DNA from: Macrostomum lignano
Taxonomy: Eukaryota
Assembly (NCBI GenBank): GCA_002269645.1
Contig: NIVC01000713.1
Span: 124,001-188,000, forward strand
DNA: 64,000 bases
Direction: 5' to 3'
Position numbers and translations under genes: made by a program. Each line of letters starts with the position of its first letter. Position 1 is the first letter of the stretch. This document shows, piece by piece, positions 8,678 to 22,774 of the stretch. The notes beneath the pieces were generated by a model that had not been told where the DNA came from, did no database searches, and saw nothing but the letters and a program-made list of their open reading frames with translations.

Positions 8678-11222
8678 CAATAAAAAGCAGAACTGCAGCA
8701 GCGGTGTTGCATTCAATTTAAGATGATCTGAAAGCAAATCTTACAAACAGAAAAGCACACTGAAAAAAGTACTTTTCATGCCAAGACGCCAGCCGCTTGC
8801 AGACTTGAATTTATGCTCTTCCCTTGGAAAAAACCTCGCTCAAAGCGTGAAGCTTTGCTGATTTGCAACCAGCAGAGCTACCGGAAGTTAAATGCTGGCA
8901 AGTTTCTGGGACCCCTGGTTGAAAGCAACAGGCTACATTGGTGCAGAAGACACAGATGCGGAAGCGAGAGGCTGCGTGGGTTTTGGGAAGAGGAGCCGAG
9001 GTCTAAATCCCAGGCCAAGCGCGAAACATTGGCTAGGGAGCGAGAGGAAACCTGCCCAGCCAACCAGGCCAGCCAAGTTCTTCCAAAATGAAAATATGCC
9101 TTCTGTTTCATTACTAAAGAAAGTCAGTTTGCTCAGCCAATCGGCAAGGGACAAATGCAAGGCCATACAATTCAATTCCAGATTCCTGTCCACATTGAAA
9201 GCGAAACCAAAGTCAACACAAAAAATCAGATAGAGAACCCAGACCAACATTTGATTTATTTTCTTATCTCAATATTCCTAGTGGGACTTGAATAATCAGG
9301 TGGTTAAGTAAAACCAGTCAGTCAAGCTAGCTCCATTTGAGCTAGATACAGAGTTCAAAGTTTAGGATTTTCAATTTTTAATATTTTACCTTTTAATTTT
9401 ATCATTGCAACACTTTATATAGATACTATTAGGTAAGGTGATATAAAATATCAGCCAATTAAAATGGTTTAAGGATACTACTTCTATACTAATAGAGGCT
9501 TTATTGATTTTTAAAAAATAATCTATTGATGCTACTTTTATTAGTAGCAATATTTGCACATTTTTTAAATAAAATAGTACATTTTAATGAATTCAGATAA
9601 AAATTAGAAGTGGCTAAATCACTTTGACCTAGAATTTTATTACTGATATAATTTTGTAATAGCTATTGTTTAGCTATGTTTAGTTATTAACTAAAATTTT
9701 AGCTATTTTTGCATTTGACTATGATATTAGAGAAGCATTATAAGATTTATATTTTTATTGGTAAGGCACTAAGAAATATAGAAAAACAAATAAATTGTAC
9801 AAACTATTTCTATATACATAGTTTTTTGCATAGTATACTATGTCAAGGTTTAGTAATACTATAGTACTTTAGATTTGCAGGCCTAGGACCTTGAAAAATG
9901 AAAAAATATTTAATACATTATATAAGTCATGAAAATGCAACTAGTGAACTATTTGAAATATCAGAACTAGAAATTAAAAAATCTAAAATATAGCAAAAAA
10001 TAATTTCTCTTAATAATAATAAAAAATGCTCATGATAAAACAATATAGACAAAATATCATTTGTAATAAGGTTTTATTGAAGTAGTTTTCAATAACTTTC
10101 AGTAGAACTAGGCTAGGTCTAACTTTTTATGACTCTACTAAACATATCTATTAAAAATAATTAAAATATCTATAACAATTTACTGTTCAATATATTAAAT
10201 ACAATACTTTTAAAAGATGTATAGATTTGATCTCTAGATAGCTGTCAAAACTAACAGCTTGGATTTGTATAATTTTTTTAGTTTATAATTTCACAATAAT
10301 ATATAGAAATGCAAACAAAAGCAAGGGATTTGGAAATTAAATGATAATAGCTCTAATGTCTTGAAAATCTAATATAATGCCAAATCTAGTATATTTTTAT
10401 TAGCAAGAGCAAATAAAATCGACTACTGAAATGTTCTATAGTAGCTTAAAACAATTTCACAATCACAGTGTATACTATAGTATTTGTATAAACAATATTA
10501 CTGTTAGAGTTGTTAGAACTAAAAAGAATAGCAAACCTTTCTAAGTCATCGGGTGGAACTCAGGTGACCGAAAGAAAGTCAACTTCACCTGCCAAAAACA
10601 AGTCATGGAAGTGTTAATTGTATCTGAGACAGACAGGTGTGCTAGAAGACGAGGCGAGGGCAATGCTTTGCAATTTACTCGTGAGCTGTTTTTAACATTA
10701 TGGCATTGGTTTCTTATCTATTTCTTGTATTACTAGTGGTTTAAATAATATTATATTTAAAACAAATAAAACCGTTTAATTTTATGTTTGGATTCGTACT
10801 GCAACTCTAAACACTTAATTTAATGCATTAAGCATAACAATAAAAAAATATATAACAACTATTTAATTTTATTAACAACACTTTGAGTGATAGAACAAAT
10901 TTTAACATGTGCATATTCTAACTTTTTTTAAGTTTGACACGCTGCGCTAGCAATGTTTTTTGAATATTTTTAGCAGATCTTAGCAGAGCCAAAAACTCAT
11001 TGGCTCTGTGTATCAGACTATAATTTTTTTAAAACTTGTACAAAATAATATGTTGTTTTTATAACAGGGGAATACTTGATTCAGAAGCTAGGCTATGCGT
11101 TCGTTGTGATTTTATCCTAGTTCGTTTTGTCATTGTCATGTTGATTGAATGACAAATAACACCAAGATCATGATAAAATACTGTTAAATACCCTATCTTA
11201 CGTACGTAAGTCATCGGAACCT

Positions 11223-11238
11223 GTAGCAACTTAGCAAC
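11223..11238. promoter_or_regulatory. Candidate RFX X-box-like site upstream of the ciliary gene TTC30/IFT70
   Basis: GTAGCAACTTAGCAAC has two AGCAAC half-sites about 100 bp before a 5'-UTR donor (GTAAG at 11326). IFT genes are established RFX targets, but the match to the consensus is imperfect. Confidence 0.35.
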
Positions 11239-11492
11239 TCGATGACCTCAAATATTGAGATTTATTAAAATCGAAATTTTTATGCCTAATTATTACAACA
11301 CAATTCAAATGTTTGTTTTTTGTAGGTAAGATTAATAAAAATATACAAGTTCTTTCGTGCTAGTGGCCAGTGCCATAAGCCTCATTTCGTTAGTTTTTAC
11401 TATTGAATTGATATGTGAACAGATTTTTGTGAAAATCTTTTTCATATCCAATTAACAGTCATTTGAAAATTGTCACATTGCAGTTGAACACC

Positions 11493-12857
11493 ATGACTCA
11501 CAATATAAAAGAGGGCCAGTTTACCTCCACAATATACGGCATGATCAAGGAGCACCGCTACAAGGAGGCCGTTGGTGCTCTAAACCACCAGCTGACCACT
11601 CATCCGGACTCGAGGGCAGCTCTGTCACTCCTCGGCTACTGCTTCTACCAGATGCAGGACTTCGTTTCCGCTAGCGATTCGTACGAGAGGCTGGCTCAGC
11701 TTTGCCCGGAGTCGCCAGAGTACCAGCTGTACTTTGCGCAGAGTCTCTACCAGGCTGGACTGTTTCAACAGGCGATTAAGGTGTGGAAGTGCTTTCTTTA
11801 CTCGTAGAATAGCGTGTTTTATAAAAAGGCTAGATGCTCAAAGCTGCAGAACCCGACACCTAAATCAATGACACCTGACACCTGAATCAGTAACACCTGA
11901 CACCTAAATTAGTAACACCTGACACCTGAATCAGTAACACCTGACACCTAAATCAGTAACACCTGACACCCAAATTAGTAACACCTGACACCTGAATCAG
12001 TAACACCTGACACCCAAATTAGTAACACCTGACACCAACACCAGACACCCTAATTGGCAACACCTGACACCCAAATTAGTAACACCTGACACCTAAATTA
12101 GTAACACCTGACACCCAAATTAGTAACACCTAACACCTAAATCAGTAACACCTGACACCTAAATCAGTAACACCTGACACCTAATTGGCAACACCTGACA
12201 CCCTAATTGGCAACACCTGACACCCTAATTGGCAACACATGACAGCACCTAACACCCAAATTAGCACCATTTGTACATCTGACACCTCAATCCCGTCAGG
12301 TCGTGGCCCAAATCGAGAACCCGGCCTACCGAAGCCAGATGCTCAAACTCGAGGCGGCAATCAAATTCGGCGAAGAAGATTTCGCCGGCTCCCGAGCTCT
12401 AGTCGATCAGTGCCCGAAGGACGACCCGGACACCCTGATCAACATTGGCTGCCTGCTGTACAAGGAGGGCAACTACCAAGAGGCCTGCGCCAAGTTCACT
12501 CAAGCCATGAAGGTTGTGAGCTTCCGGCCGGACCTGGCTTACAACATCGCCATCTGCCACTACCAGATGCGGCAATACGCCCAGGCATTGAAGTTCATCG
12601 CAGATGTCATCGAGAAAGGCATCCGGGATCATCCAGAGCTCGGCGTTGGCATGACTACGGAGGGAATCGAGGTGGGAGTGATTTAATCGAATAATATTTA
12701 TCATTAGAACTAACTAACTGACTGACTAACTAACTAGCTAACTAACTAACTAACTGACTGACTAACTAACTAACTAACTGACTAACTAACTAACTGACTA
12801 ACTAACTAACTGACTGACTAACTAACTAGCTAACTAACTAACTAACTAACTAACTAG

Positions 12858-12897
<40 letters not shown>

Positions 12898-13081
12898 TTA
12901 ACTAACTAACTAACTAACTAGCTAATTAACCAACTAACTAAATAGCTAACTAACTAACTAACTAACTAGCTAACTAACTAACTGACTGACTAACTAACTA
13001 ACTGACTAACTAACTAACTGACTAACTAACTAACTGACTGACTAACTAACTAGCTAACTAACTAACTAACTAACTAACTAG

Positions 13082-13133
<52 letters not shown>

Positions 13134-13205
13134 TTAACTAACTAACTAACTAGCTAATTAACCAACTAACTAAATAGCTAACTAACTAACTAACTAACTA
13201 GCTAG

Positions 13206-13259
<54 letters not shown>

Positions 13260-13329
13260 GACTAACTAACTAACTAACTAAATCGCTAACTAACGAACGA
13301 ACGAACGAACTAACTAACTAACTAACTAG

Positions 13330-13418
<89 letters not shown>

Positions 13419-16400
13419 CAATCACCACTCGCAGGTGCGCAGCGTCGGTAACTCGCTGACTCTGCACGAAACCGCCCTAGTAGAGGCCTTCAACCTAAAG
13501 GCGGCCATCGAGTTCAATCTGCACAACGTCGCCCAAGCCCAGGACGCCCTGACCGACATGCCGCCGAGAAGCGAGGAAGAGCTGGACCCCGTCACGCTGC
13601 ACAACCTCGGCCTGATGAACATGGAGGCCGACGCTGCCGGCGGATTTCAACGCCTCCAATTCCTGCTGCAGCAGGAGAGCTTCCCGCCGGAGACGCTGGG
13701 CAACCTTCTTCTGCTGTACGTGAAGTTCGACTATCACGATTTGGCAGCTGACGTGCTGGCCGAGAGCACCGAGCTGGCCTACAAGCTACTGCCAAGCTAC
13801 CTGCTCGACTTCCTAGAGGCGGTCATCCTGTGCCAGACGGCCCCGGAGGAGGCCTACAGGCGGCTGGACGAGATGGCCACCAGGCAGACGGAGACGCTGC
13901 GCAAGCTCACCAAGATGGTGCAGCAGGCCAGGCAGAAGCACGATGACGAGGCTGTGAAGAGGGCCGTCAACGAGTACGACGAAGGTGAGCGCCTCTGCAC
14001 CGCGCCCGCCTGCTGTCCATTCTCTACCGCCTCTCGCTCTCTCTCTCCCCCTCTATTGATATCTACTCTCACTCCCCTTATCTGCATTGACATCTATTCT
14101 CACTCCCTTATCTAAATTTACATCTATTCTCACTCCCCTTAACTGTATTGACATCTATTCTCACTCCCTTATCTAAATTGACATCTATTCTCACTCCCTT
14201 ATCTAAATTGACATCTATTCTCACTCCCTTATCTAAATTGACATCTATTCTCACTCCCTTATCTAAATTGACATCTATTCTCACTCCCCTTAACTGTATT
14301 GACATCTATTCTCACTCCCTTATCTAAATTGACATCTATTCTCTCACCCTTATCTAAATTGACATCTATTCTCTCTCCCTTATCTGCATTGACATCTATT
14401 CTCACTCCCTTATCTAAATTGACATCTATTCTCACTCCCTTATCTAAATTGACATCTATTCTCTCACCCCTTATCTGTATTGATATCTATTCTCTAACCC
14501 CTTATCTGCATTGACATCTATTCTTTCCCCTTATCTGCATTGACATCTATTCTCACTCCCCTTATCTGCATTGACATCTATTCTCACTCCCTTACCTAAA
14601 TTGACATCTATTCTCACTCCCCTTATCTGTATTGACATCTATTCTCTCCCCCTTATCTGTATTGACATCTATTCTCATTCCCTTATCTAAATTGACATAT
14701 ATTCTCACTCCCTTATCTGCATTGACATTTCTTCTCACTCCCATTATCTGCATTGACATCTATTCTCACTACCCTTAACTGTAATGACATCTATTCTCAC
14801 TCCCCTTATCTGCATTGACATCTATTCTCACTCCCCTTATCTGCATTGACATCTATTCTCACTCCCTTATCTAAATTGACATATATTCTCACTCCCTTAT
14901 CTAAATTGACATCTATTCTCACTCCCCTTATCTGTATTGACATCTATTCTCTCTCCCCTTATCTGTATTGACATCTATTCTCACTCCCATTATCTGCATT
15001 GACATCTATTCTCACTCCCTAATCTAAATTGACATCTATTCTCACTCCCTTATCTAAATTGACATCTATTCTCACTCCCCTTATCTGCATTGACATCTAT
15101 TCTCTCCCTTTATCTGCATTGACATCTATTCTCTCCCTTATTTACATATTCTCACTATTCTCACCTACACCCAGCTCTGGAGCGCTACATCCCTGTGCTG
15201 ATGCAGCAAGCCAAAATCTATTGGGACCGAGAGAACTACCAAGAAGTTGAGAAGATTTTTCGCAATTCGGTAGAATTCTGCAACGATCACGACGCCTGGA
15301 AACTCAACGTTGCTCACGTGCTGTTCATGCGTGAGAAGTACAGGGAGAGCGCCAGCTTCTACGAGCCAATTGTGAAGAAGAATTATGAGAACATCATGGG
15401 AGTGAGCGCGGCTGTTCTTGCCAACCTGTGCGTGTCCTACATCATGGTCAGCCAGAATGAGGATGCTGAAGAGCTGATGAGGAAGATTGAGAAGGATGAG
15501 GAGCAGGTGAGTGACACCTGGCTTGCTACAGTTGATCTGGACTGTCTCTTCCAGGTCCTCTCATCCGTGTGTCTGTCATCTTATCTGTGTCTCTGTCATC
15601 TCATCTGTGTGTCTGTCATCTCATCTGTGTGTCTGTCATCTCAACTGTTTCTCTGTCAATTTATCTGTCTGTCTGTCATCTCATTTGTGTGTCTGTCATC
15701 TCATTTGTGTGTCTGTCATCTCATCTGTGTGTCTGTCATCTCATCTGTGTGTATGTCATCTCATCTGTGTGTCTGTCATCTCATCTGTGTGTCTGTCATC
15801 TCATCTGTGTGTCCGTCATCTCATCTGTGTGTATGTCATCTCATCTGTGTGTATGTCATCTCATCTGTGTGTCTGTCATCTCATCTGTGTCTCTGTCATC
15901 TCATCTGTGTGTCTGTCATCTCATCTGTGTGTCTGTCATCTCATCTGTGTGTCTGTCATCTCATCTGTGTGTCTGTCATCTCATCTGTGTGTCTGTCATC
16001 TCATCTGTGTGTATGTCATCTCATCTGTGTGTCTCTCATCTCATCTGTGTCTCTGTCATCTCATCTGTGTCTCTGTCATCTCATTTGTGTGTCTGTCATC
16101 TCATCTGTGTGTCTGTCATCTCATTTGTGTCTGTCATCTCATCTGTGTCTGTCATCTCATCTGTGTGTCTGTCATCTCATCTGTGTGTCTGTCATCTCAT
16201 CTGTGTGTCTGTCATCTCATCTGTCTCTGTTATCTCACTTGTTAGTCTGTCTGTTATCAGCCCTCGATCCAAGGGTATTTCTCACAACTTTTATGAATGA
16301 ATTCTAAATTCAAAAACGGAAAATGTTCTCAAAAAATTTTTCCTTAAACAGGTGGCCTACGACGACCCGGACAAGAAGATCTTCCACTCGTGCATAGTGA

Positions 16401-17389
16401 ACCTGGTGATTGGCACTCTCTATTGCTCCAAAGGCAACTACGAGTTTGGAATCAGTCGAATTATCAAAAGTATGGAGCCTTTCCAGAAAAAACTGGGCAC
16501 TGACACCTGGTACTACGCCAAGAGGTGCTTCTTGTCACTGTTAGAAAATCTAGCCAAGCACATGATTATACTCAAGGACTCAGCGACTGAAGATTGCGCC
16601 AAGTTTCTCGAGCTCTGCGAAAGTGAGTGCAGCTTGCGGCTTTCGACAAATACTTTTCAGTTTTGCTGTGCCAGTCTTCTATGGGTACATGATTCTACTG
16701 ACATGATCCTACTGACACATGATCCTACTGACACATAATCCTACTGACACATGATCCAACTGACACATGATTCTACTGACACATGATCCTACTACTGACA
16801 CAATATCCTACTGACACAATATCCTACTGACACATGATCCTACTGACACATGATCCTACTGACACATGATCCTACTGACACATGATTCTACTGACACATG
16901 ATCCTAATGACACATGATTCTACTGACACATGATCCTACTGACACAAGATTCTACTGACACATGATCCTACTGACACATGATTCTACTGACACATGATCC
17001 TACTGACATATGATCCTACTGACACATGATCCTACTGACATGATTCTAATGACACATATTCCTTCCTACTGACACATGATCCTACTGACACATGATCCTA
17101 CTGACACATGATCCTATATTCGCACATGATCCTACTGACACATGATCCTACTGACACAAGATTCTACTGACACATGATCCTACTGACACATGATCCTACT
17201 GACACATGGTCCTTTTGGCACGTTTTCATGCGGATAAATGATTTTAATTCCTCTCTAGGATACGGCTACGATGTCAAAGCGTTCGTGGAAAATCCGTTGG
17301 CCCAGAAAGACCCGCAGCCTGGCAGAAATTCGGTCACCTTCGAGGCCCGCGTGCTCAGATCGATGCTGTTCGCAATCGCCGATGTCTGA
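11493..17389 (+). CDS. TTC30: Intraflagellar transport protein IFT70/TTC30 (fleer/DYF-1), 647 aa. Exons 11493-11780, 12300-12671, 13435-13984, 15175-15506, 16352-16622, 17259-17389
   Basis: [89 protein letters not shown]. All GT/AG junctions are phase-consistent (1944 nt). Confidence 0.96.
11863..12290. repeat. About 22-bp minisatellite (AACACCTGACACCTAAATCAGT), TTC30 intron 1
   Basis: About 19 tandem units. Confidence 0.85.
12708..13419. repeat. (ACTA)n microsatellite, TTC30 intron 2
   Basis: About 700 bp of ACTA with ACTG/GCTA variants. Confidence 0.95.
14050..15165. repeat. 30-31-bp minisatellite (ATTGACATCTATTCTCACTCCCTTATCTAA), TTC30 intron 3
   Basis: About 36 tandem units. Confidence 0.92.
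15560..16230. repeat. 20-bp minisatellite (CTGTCATCTCATCTGTGTGT), TTC30 intron 4
   Basis: About 33 units; source of the Cys/Ser/Val-rich spurious ORFs. Confidence 0.92.
16685..17210. repeat. 16-bp minisatellite (GACACATGATCCTACT), TTC30 intron 5
   Basis: About 32 units; same unit as 19236-20525. Confidence 0.92.
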
Positions 17390-18964
17390 CGACTGAAATG
17401 TTTTTAAGGCCTTAAATATGACATATTAAATGTAGCAAATACTATTGATTGGAAATTTCAGTACTGATTAATTGAATTTTATTATAAGCAGATCATGACA
17501 GTCACACGAAAAATTTGTAACACAATTTTTTGGTACAGTTTCTTAGAAATGCTGATTTCCTTGAAGTGCTTTACTTTTTCAATTTTGCTTTATTTATCAT
17601 AACTGTTTTGCCTTTTTTGAGCTTTGCGAGAAAACAGAATTAATTTTTGTTTAACTGCTCAATTAGAAATGAATTTGATTTTCGCTCTGGAAGTTTGCTA
17701 TGCTTGTTAGTAAAATTTATCTTGAACAAAAAGTTGTAATCAAATCGTTGATATTTAGTTTAGTAAAACAAAAAGTGCTACAAAAATATCGTAAGATTTT
17801 AATGAAAAAGAAAAAAGGATAATCTGGACTTTCGCAAGTATATAAATTATTTAGACGAAAATCTTCAAATTTGAAATAGCAAATTTTTGTTATATGTTTT
17901 TCGCTTTCTATGCGCGCATTTTTCTTTTTGCTTTTTCACCCGCTGTCTGAATTTGCGCAACTTTGCGTTCACGAATTGAAATAAACTTGAAATGAAAGAA
18001 AATAAAACAAAAATTGTTATTAAATTTTTCTAACTCTCATTATTGTTGTTTTGCATGTAACTACTGACGAACGCTACTAGCAAGTAGTACAGTACAGATT
18101 ATTTAAAAAACCTACTCTAAACATCGATCAAAATCTGCAAAAAAATGCTCTGAGAAGCCACGGACGCCGCTAATTCCATATGAAGGCCTGCCGTCACCTC
18201 ACTGACCCCGGAATTAGGATTAGCTAAAGCGATCAGATTGCAGGTGGGGCAAGGCTACAATTTTGTGCCTGCAAAAACAGGAAACTCAGGTGCGATCTAA
18301 TTACTGTGGGATGGCTATTTTCATAAAAGCAGGCCAATCTGAATACATAAAAAATAGGGTAAACATAATTGCGGGCGCCAGAGCTGGGCAGACCTACAGG
18401 CCGGCTTGAAAAAAAGAAAGTATTTTTATAATGGGTTTTTTTTAATTTTTTTAATGGAAAAACAAATTTGAGCTTTCCTACACCCGTGTCACAATTTTAA
18501 AAATCCCTTTGAATGCTTAAAATGGACGTTGCCCTGCGTTTTATAGAAAAGTCTGGATAGATTATAGATATGGATTAGGTGATTAACATTTTTTAAAAAA
18601 TGTTTAATCAAAAGTGTTTAAGGTAAGTTAAAGTTGGAAACTCGAAAACAGAAAAGATTGAAATTAAAAGCATTTTTGTTATAATTTGAAGACCGAGTGC
18701 TTAAAGGATGCGTATTCAGTCAGCCAAACTAGTAGTAGGCCAAAGACACGTAGGCAGCTACAGTAGATACATGCAGAAAGTATAACAAAATGCCACTGCA
18801 GATCTCTCTCGAACAAAGAACGATTGCCATTGGCTCGACTCAAAATCAGAGATGAGCCAGTCAGAACGAAGCCGAAAAGCTCTATAGCTTGCATAGTTAC
18901 TAATGCAGGCAGAAACGAGAAGTCCACAAATCAATACAATACGCCAGAGTAAAACTGTAAGCGC

Positions 18965-21867
18965 ATGAGCATGAAAAACTTGAGCGTTTTGGCTGTAGCA
19001 GGCGCAGGCAGCTGGGGGCATCACTACAGTCGGAATGAGCGAATTGTCTATGGCTGCCTTGGAGCGGCCCTCGGCTGCTACATCACGGCTGTTAACATGG
19101 CCATTCTGATAGCGTTCGCTCGCAACCGGCAGCTCAATAGGGTGCCGGGACACTCGCTGATCCTCTGGTTGATGGTTGCCAGTGATGTCATGATCGGCTG
19201 CTGCGCGCTGCCAGGTTAGTTAGTTAGTTAGTTAGCTATATTCGCACATGATCCTACTGACACATGATCCTATATTCGCACATGATCCTACTGACACATG
19301 ATCCTATATTCGCACATGATCCTACTGACACATGATCCTATATTCGCACATGATCCTACTGACACATGATCCTATATTCGCACATGATCCTACTGACACA
19401 TGATCCTATTTTCGCACATGATCCTACTGACACATGATCCTACTGACACATGATCCTACTGACACATGATCCTACTGACACATGATCCTACTGACACATG
19501 ATCCTACTGACACATGATCCTACTGACACATGATCCTACTGACACATGATCCTATATTCGCACATGATCCTACTGACACATGACCCTATATTCGCACATG
19601 ATCCTACTGACACATGATCCTATATTCGCACATGATCCTACTGACACATGATCCTATATTCGCACATGATCCTACTGACACATGATCCTATATTCGCACA
19701 TGATCCTACTGACACATGATCCTATATTCGCACATGATCCTACTGACACATGATCCTATATTCGCACATGATCCTACTGACACATGATCCTACTGACACA
19801 TGATCCTACTGACACATGATTCTACTGACACATGATCCTAATGACACATGATTCTACTGACACATGATCCTAGTGACACATGATCCTACTGACACATGAT
19901 TCTACTGACAGATAATTCTACTGACACATAATTCTACTGACAGATGATCCTACTGACACATGATCCTACTGACACATGATCCTAATGACACATGATTCTA
20001 ATGACACATGATCCTAATGACACATGATTCTACTGACACATGATCCTAATGACACATGATTCTACTGACACATGATCCTACTGACACATGATTCTACTGA
20101 CACATGATCCTAATGACACATGACTCTACTGACACATGATCCTACTGACACATGATTCTACTGACAGATAATTCTACTGACACATGATTCTACTGACACA
20201 TGATTCTACTGACACATGATCCTACTGACACATGATCCTACTGACACATGAGCCTACTGACACATGATCCTACTGACACATGATTCTACTGACACATGAT
20301 CCTAATGACACATGATCCTACTGACACATGATCCTACTGACACATGATCCTACTGACACATGATCCTACTGACACATGATTCTACTGACAGATAATTCTA
20401 CTGACACATGATTCTACTGACACATGATTCTACTGACACATGATCCTACTGACACATGATCCTACTGACACATGATCCTACTGACAGATAATTCTACTGA
20501 CACATGATTCTACTGACACATGATCATACCGACACTCCGCCCCATCCCCGCCAGGTTACCTGATTGACACGCTAAGCCAGCCAGTCTGGCCGCTGCCAAT
20601 GTGGACCTGCGACCTGTGGATTCTGTGCGATTATGTCAGCACCAATGTTGGGGTTCTGAGCGTCACTGCGGTGGCATTCGACCGGTTTTTGGCAACCAAC
20701 TGCGTGTTTCTGCACAAGCGCTGGATGCACAGGACGAACCAGCTGCGGCTCTGTGCGGGTCTCTGGTCCTTCACCGTGCTAAGGAATTTCCTCGTGTTTC
20801 CCGTCTGGGTGATCGCCACCGACTATCGGGCCAAGCAAATGCGGATGAGCAATGGCACCGAGGTCGCGTGCTCGCACCCGATTTATGCGAACACCTCGGC
20901 AGCTCTGGCTCAGCGGACGGTGGCCCTGTACCTGCCTATCGCCCTGCTGCTGTTTTTCTATGCCGCTGTGGTGTTCCGGATTTTACAGAGCGCCAGGCGG
21001 ACAGGAACTGGCGGATGCCGAGGAAGTCTCAGGGTGAGATTTTGAGGGTTTGGCATGGAAGTTTCAGGGTGAGACTTTTGAGGGCTTTTTGATCGACGTC
21101 TCATCAGACACTAGATGCCATGTATTATTTGTTAGAATGGTTAAGCCCTTGTTAGGGTCATAATTAACACTGCTAGACACAATTGCATCACCCTTGTGTC
21201 TAACACCTGTTAGACACAAGGGTCGCTAACACCTGTTAGACATTCCTTCCAAACCCTACAGAAGAACATCACAACAGCCAACGGTCCACCGAGTGACGAC
21301 CCGGCTAGCGGCCGCTGCACCGTACAGGCAACTTCAGCAGCGCCCAGGCATCGAGCCAGCAGCGCCACGGCTCAGCAGCCGAACAGATTCGGCAAGTCTT
21401 TCCGCACGGTCACCTGCGTGCTGACGTCATTCCTGCTGGCCAACCTGCCGTGGCACGTGCTGGACAACCTGATCATGACAGGGCGCAGCAGCATTAAGAA
21501 AACGGACTCAATCTACATCACCTCCTGGATCATGTGCTACGCCAACGCCTGCCTCAATCCGGTGTTCTACACCTTCATGAACCAGAAGTACCGCCGGCTG
21601 CTGCTCCAGAGAGCCGTGGTCGGCTGCCTCGGTCGGGGCAGCGGCGGCGGCGGCACCGGCACCCCGTCAGCTTCGGCGATGCCCGTCAGAAGCCGGTCAA
21701 ATCAGCTGACTCCGCTACGACTCAACGACGGTGAGAGGATCAACGACAACTACGTCGAGCCGGGATGTTGGTGTCGGCGAAGGCAATGGCCGGTGGAAAA
21801 ATCGGCAGTCGGTGAGGCGCGAGACGCAGCCGAGCTGCTGGTGGAGTGCGTCGTTACAACGGTCTGA
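18965..21867 (+). CDS. Class A (rhodopsin-like) GPCR, aminergic/muscarinic-histamine-like, about 444 aa. Exons 18965-19214, 20555-21033, 21262-21867
   Basis: TM1 ..NMAILIAF, TM2 ASDVMIG, WPLPMWTCDLWILCDYV (Asp3.32), DRF, TM5 YLPIALLLFFY, TM6 LPW, TM7 NACLNPVFY. Splice phases are consistent. Confidence 0.9.
19236..20525. repeat. 16/18-bp minisatellite (GACACATGATCCTACT / ATATTCGCACATGATCCT), GPCR intron 1
   Basis: About 80 units. Confidence 0.93.
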
Positions 21868-22774
21868 CTAACGGCTTGGTTTAAAGAACTATTCATCGAT
21901 CAGCTACTCCTGGTACACGCGCGTCCAGAATGACACCATGATTGTTGCAACCTGTTAGATAACGATCAGTGACATCTAGAGTAACATTTAACTGAACTAT
22001 TAGTCAGCAATAGCCTGTTTGGTTGGCGTTTACCCTGCTTTTGCAAGAAATATTTACTGACTAGCTAGATAACCGAATATCTCCGCAATAGTCATCCCGA
22101 TAAACAAGTGAAGCTGCTCATTGCATTGGCATGAAGTGGCTACCACAGCGTCCTTAGCCGATCATGGCTCAGCATCTGCAGATCCTCTTCACATCCAATT
22201 GACTTGCCAATAATCGGCAACCGAGCTTACATTATCATCGAATAAGTGCATATTGGGCCAGCTCATCCTAATGTGAACGCTGGGCAATAACTCCAGACTT
22301 GTTGGAAGCACAATTAACAAGTTGATTATCAGTTGCAGTCAAGTATATTAACAAGGGATGAACAACAGCTATCACCAGATGGATTTTATTAAGAAGTTAA
22401 TCGCCGATATAGCAGCAGATTTAGTACAAACGATCGCCACTAGCAAGCAGCCATCCCCCCTAGAGTTCATCTTTGATTCGATTGATTTTTCAACTCGACA
22501 CTGCATTCTGTATACACATAGAGTGCATGCACTGTCGCATCTGCGAGCCGGCTAAAATGTTCTAGCTTGAGTATTCCCAGATGAACAGTAAAAACCGTTT
22601 TTAATATTCCAGACCGCACGGGATCAAGATTCTCTGAAAGACAAAATCCCACATTCTAGTCGTCACATCGAACGTAACCGCTTTTCGAACGTACTCCGCA
22701 TTTTTGCTGGGCTGCCACACCATATCGCTGGTAACACATGTACTTGCAAAACTTCGAAACTTCTAACTGTAGGT

